A stretch of 64,000 nucleotides of DNA, taken from NCBI GenBank assembly GCA_019057865.1, contig JAHLWP010000013.1, positions 26,181-90,180 of the forward strand, written 5' to 3'. Positions 61,780 to 64,000 of this stretch are shown one piece after another (within the stretch, counting starts at the first letter, position 1; every line of letters starts with the position of its first letter). The stretch is from Promethearchaeota archaeon (lineage in GTDB: Archaea; Asgardarchaeota; Lokiarchaeia; Sigyniarchaeales; SOKP01). Made by a program: the position numbers and the translations under genes. Below the pieces are notes generated by a model. The model worked only from the letters and a program-made list of their open reading frames with translations, had not been told where the DNA came from and did no database searches.

Positions 61780-62907
61780 TTAATACCTTTTTGCTTTTTT
61801 ATTTATTAAGATTACGACAACCGACAGAATGCCAAGCAGAAAAAACAGGTTATATCCTGTAATTATTTTATCCTTATCCCCACAATCATTATTTTCAAAG
61901 ATATTTCCTTCGCAGGTTTGTTCTGTTATGCATTCATCATTTCCTAGTAAGGTGTTTCCCGAAATTATGTTGTAATTACTCATTTCTAAGTAAATACCAT
62001 GTTCATTGTAATTTGCTATGTTTTCTGAGATTGTGTTATTATCACTTAAATATAATAAGATTCCATAACCTTCATTATTGCTTGCCTCGTTTGCCAAGAT
62101 GGTGTTGTTATTACTTTCTTTTAAGTATATCCCATCCCTATTATTATTAATGATGTTTTTCCAAAGGCCATTTTTATTACTATAGCTTAAACGTATCCCA
62201 ATAACAATATTATTATTTACGATATTTTCTGATATGGTGTTATTATTACTATCGCTTAAATATATTCCTGACCAATAGTTTTGGTTTACAGTGTTTATCA
62301 AAATGGTGTTGCTGTTACTATAACTTAAATAAATCCCATAATCTTTATTGTATCTTACATCATTTCCAAAGATAATAATATTATTGCTTTCCAATATTGA
62401 TATGCCACAATTGTTTTTTGAAAAAGTATTATTATTTAGAATTCCATTAGTCACATTGTAAAATTTAATTCCTGCATCAATCCAGAGACTTCCTGAATTG
62501 TAGGAAGAACAATTCTCAATCCTGAAGTACACATCTGAATTTTCAATCAATATACAACTTCCTGAACCTCCGCCATTGATTACTAAATCTTTTATAACAT
62601 ATGGGTTAGAACAAGTACCATTTCCCGTACATATTCCCGCATCCTTAGCCTCAGTCCAATTATTATCAATATGAATTTTCCCTGATACTTTCGAGAGTTT
62701 CAAATTATCATTATAAAAAATAATATCATCACTATATTCTGAACTTTTATTGATATTTCTAGCATTAAAATTAAGATTAGTGTTAATTATGAGTGATATA
62801 GCAAGAAAAGTACCTAAAATTAATAAATTTACTTTTATTTTAGTAATTCTTTTCATTTTCTTTTCGCTAAAAGTGTATAGACCTTTATATAAAAAGATCA
62901 TAGACAA
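61780..62907 (-). CDS. NosD-like right-handed beta-helix surface protein with Loki-CTERM-like tail
   Basis: GI.L..SNNNTI..N repeats; 'CTGNGT.SNPYVI'; IITGY-TM-KK tail. Confidence 0.88.
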   Translation of the reverse strand: MSMIFLYKGLYTFSEKKMKRITKIKVNLLILGTFLAISLIINTNLNFNARNINKSSEYSDDIIFYNDNLKLSKVSGKIHIDNNWTEAKDAGICTGNGTCSNPYVIKDLVINGGGSGSCILIENSDVYFRIENCSSYNSGSLWIDAGIKFYNVTNGILNNNTFSKNNCGISILESNNIIIFGNDVRYNKDYGIYLSYSNSNTILINTVNQNYWSGIYLSDSNNNTISENIVNNNIVIGIRLSYSNKNGLWKNIINNNRDGIYLKESNNNTILANEASNNEGYGILLYLSDNNTISENIANYNEHGIYLEMSNYNIISGNTLLGNDECITEQTCEGNIFENNDCGDKDKIITGYNLFFLLGILSVVVILINKKAKRY

Positions 62908-63070
62908 TCATTTTAATATTTTTGTCAAGATTAATTAGATTATTTATTTTTGTTTAATTTGGAATTGAATGATTCAGAAACTGATGCTGAGGTGGGAATA
63001 TTAAAGTATCTTGAAAAGCTAATCTAATCTTCAGGTTATAAAAATTAAAAGGGATGATGATTTATTATTT

Positions 63071-63982
63071 ATGGAGAAGATGAGTCAAATACATTATTGT
63101 CTTTTGATCTATCAAGGTAAAGTTTGTGTTAGATCGAATAAAATAAATGAGAATGTCTCAATTCAGAGATGTCAAGGATGTAGATGGCTTCGAGGGTTAA
63201 AAGAGGTTAAAAATGTTTTTGTTAAACCGGGAAAGCTACAATTACTTCTTGAACAATTAAAAGAAAATGAAAAATTAAAAACTTTTCTGGAAGATGAATT
63301 AAAAAAAGCTCAAAGCAAATTTGGTTTAAGAGATATTAAAAGAAAATATTTAGGTTCTGAAATAACTGAAAAACAAATTTTCCCATTAGATTTAAAATCA
63401 GCTGAAGAGGCAGTAAAAAAAATAAAATTTATAATGAAAGAACAATCTGTGAAAGAATTAACAATTGATAGAAAATATCTTCCAGAAATTATCAATGCTG
63501 ATCTATTAGAAATCTCTAAAACTGATGGACTTCCAAAATTAAAAACATTCGTATTAGAATATCTTAATAGGAAAGGAATTGAGACAAAACTCTTCGGTAA
63601 TGTAGTAAAATTTTTTACAGAAAAATACACTTTAGAAATTGAGGATAAAGTTAAGCAAATAAGAGATTTAAAAGATAAAAGGGGATTTTTAAGAAAAGAG
63701 CTTCAACAAAAACTTGAAAAATTAACAAAAGAAAAATCTACTTCTTCGGTTATTCGAATAGAAGATTTAAAACCTAAATCTCCTCTTAATGCTTTAGTAA
63801 ATGAATTACAAGAAAAAGTAAATAAACAACGCTCAACTATTAATGATTTAAAAAGACAAGTTGATAATGAAGTTAATGAATTAAAAGAAAGTATTAAAAC
63901 AAAACTTAATGAAGAAAACAAAACTAAACTTAAAAAAAATAAAAATAAACAGTATCAAAGGATTTTAAAGTCTGAATCCTAA
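63071..63982 (+). CDS. Hypothetical protein with N-terminal Cys motif and C-terminal coiled coil
   Basis: 303-aa ORF; CQGC motif. Confidence 0.7.
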   Translation: MEKMSQIHYCLLIYQGKVCVRSNKINENVSIQRCQGCRWLRGLKEVKNVFVKPGKLQLLLEQLKENEKLKTFLEDELKKAQSKFGLRDIKRKYLGSEITEKQIFPLDLKSAEEAVKKIKFIMKEQSVKELTIDRKYLPEIINADLLEISKTDGLPKLKTFVLEYLNRKGIETKLFGNVVKFFTEKYTLEIEDKVKQIRDLKDKRGFLRKELQQKLEKLTKEKSTSSVIRIEDLKPKSPLNALVNELQEKVNKQRSTINDLKRQVDNEVNELKESIKTKLNEENKTKLKKNKNKQYQRILKSES

Positions 63983-64000
63983 TGAACTGTGACTTATTCT

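Noticed and set aside
1199-63921. Other short ORFs overlapping longer genes (e.g. 1561, 2701, 5522, 17986, 28575, 58596, 63310)
   Set aside because: Opposite-strand or alternate-frame shadows of well-supported CDSs.

Overview
This is an AT-rich archaeal window with a gene set typical of Asgard archaea (Lokiarchaeia/Promethearchaeota-like): roadblock and longin/Arf-like and Rab-like GTPases, a UBA3-like E1, a UBC E2, an IFT52-like GIFT protein, Loki-CTERM-like surface proteins and multi-intron tRNAs. The taxon is inferred from gene content. 1-13.4 kb: a surface-glycan locus containing a complete phosphonate pathway (pepM fused to an NTP-transferase, Fe-ADH, cytidylyltransferase, ppd), predicted to make 2-hydroxyethylphosphonate. 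14-31 kb: eukaryote-signature genes, including a 2121-aa protein with 18 repeats next to E1/E2. 31.4-32.5 kb: a two-intron tRNA-Tyr, then a free-standing LAGLIDADG endonuclease, then a decayed copy of the tRNA's intron plus 3' half, which looks like a minimal tRNA-homing element. 40.2-40.7 kb: an unannotated structured RNA candidate directly upstream of an Sm-like gene. 51-61.6 kb: a variable region (type IIG R-M gene, short repeats, pseudogenes, HerA-like remnant) ending at a two-intron tRNA-Trp. Four genes appear to start at ATT/ATC codons placed correctly behind an SD-like motif. All calls come from reading the sequence by eye; no database searches were run.
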